A stretch of 64,000 bases of DNA from Planctomycetota bacterium (lineage in GTDB: Bacteria > Planctomycetota > Phycisphaerae > UBA1845), in contig JAZDKM010000288.1 in the NCBI GenBank assembly GCA_043803085.1, positions 3,063 to 67,062 on the forward strand, written 5' to 3'. Positions 63,688-64,000 of the stretch are shown here, one piece after another. The translations under genes and the position numbers were made by a program. The notes below the pieces were generated by a model that saw only the letters and a list, made by a program, of their open reading frames with translations, searched no databases and was not told the DNA's origin. Each line of letters begins with the position of its first letter. Positions within the stretch are counted from its first letter, which is position 1.

Positions 63688-64000
63688 ATGGACGCTTCCC
63701 CAGCACAGCACCACGGCGGTCGCATCCGCGCGGGCCCGAGTTGGGCGTTCATGGCCCTCGCCGCGTCGGTCCCGGGATTACCGGCCGGGGCCCAGGTGCT
63801 CGTCGACGGCGGAAGAGACCCAAACAACATGGCCATGTACGTGTGGACCGTGACCAACCACACGCCAAACCCCATTGTCGCCTTTCAGATTCCCCACCAT
63901 TACGGATGGACGTTCGAGCCGCCGCCAGGGTGGAAATCCGATGTGACCGAGCAAGCTCTGCCCGGAACCAAGGCTGGGCAACGGGTCATTCTTTTCAACG
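63688..64000 (+). CDS. hypothetical secreted protein, 5' partial (runs off the window)
   Basis: The ATG at 63688 lies 9 nt after AAGGAG. 'MDASPAQHHGGRIRAGPSWAFMALAASVPGLPAGAQV...' looks like a signal peptide. The frame stays open to the window end. It is absent from the ORF track, presumably because no stop is present. Confidence 0.5.
   Translation, partial: MDASPAQHHGGRIRAGPSWAFMALAASVPGLPAGAQVLVDGGRDPNNMAMYVWTVTNHTPNPIVAFQIPHHYGWTFEPPPGWKSDVTEQALPGTKAGQRVILFN

Overview
High-GC bacterial chromosomal window with about 50 credible protein genes and two tRNA-Arg(CCG) genes. I see no rRNA, CRISPR array, transposase or integrase. The gene content suggests a Planctomycetota-like genome, by inference only: a PEP-CTERM protein, an ECF sigma / Ser-Thr kinase pair, a ~2,730-aa FG-GAP/PKD/beta-helix/Cys-repeat surface protein, a sulfatase-fold enzyme, and many palindromic intergenic repeats. 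Recognisable housekeeping genes are glnA, apt, cysC, rtcA, tyrS, der and a NifU-like gene. Other modules: (1) an 8-gene, tightly spaced minus-strand block (Tat-DUF362, membrane polyferredoxin, Tat aldo/keto reductase, M16 peptidase pair, membrane protein, S41 protease); (2) a peptide-type ABC importer operon carrying two separate homopolymer frameshifts and a repeat-like in-frame insert in its binding-protein gene; (3) rtcA convergent with two tandem PF10127 (RlaP-type) nucleotidyltransferases, next to toxin-antitoxin modules; (4) three to four TA loci (VapBC-like, RelE/Phd, a degenerate DUF4258/YgiT pair). The least conventional signal is in the intergenic DNA. It holds several dispersed families of short elements: (GGCAAGA)n heptamer arrays, inverted (GGAAAAT)n arrays, a (GACGTTTY)n array, a ~22-bp AAATGGGTTYGTTTGGAAAT motif, and at least three palindromic REP-like families. 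These bracket a TA cassette, sit between cistrons, and apparently sit inside one coding region. A duplicated tRNA-Arg flanking a membrane glycosyltransferase-like gene, next to a peptidase gene remnant, marks a rearrangement hotspot. All functional calls rest on motif recognition by eye. No database search was possible.
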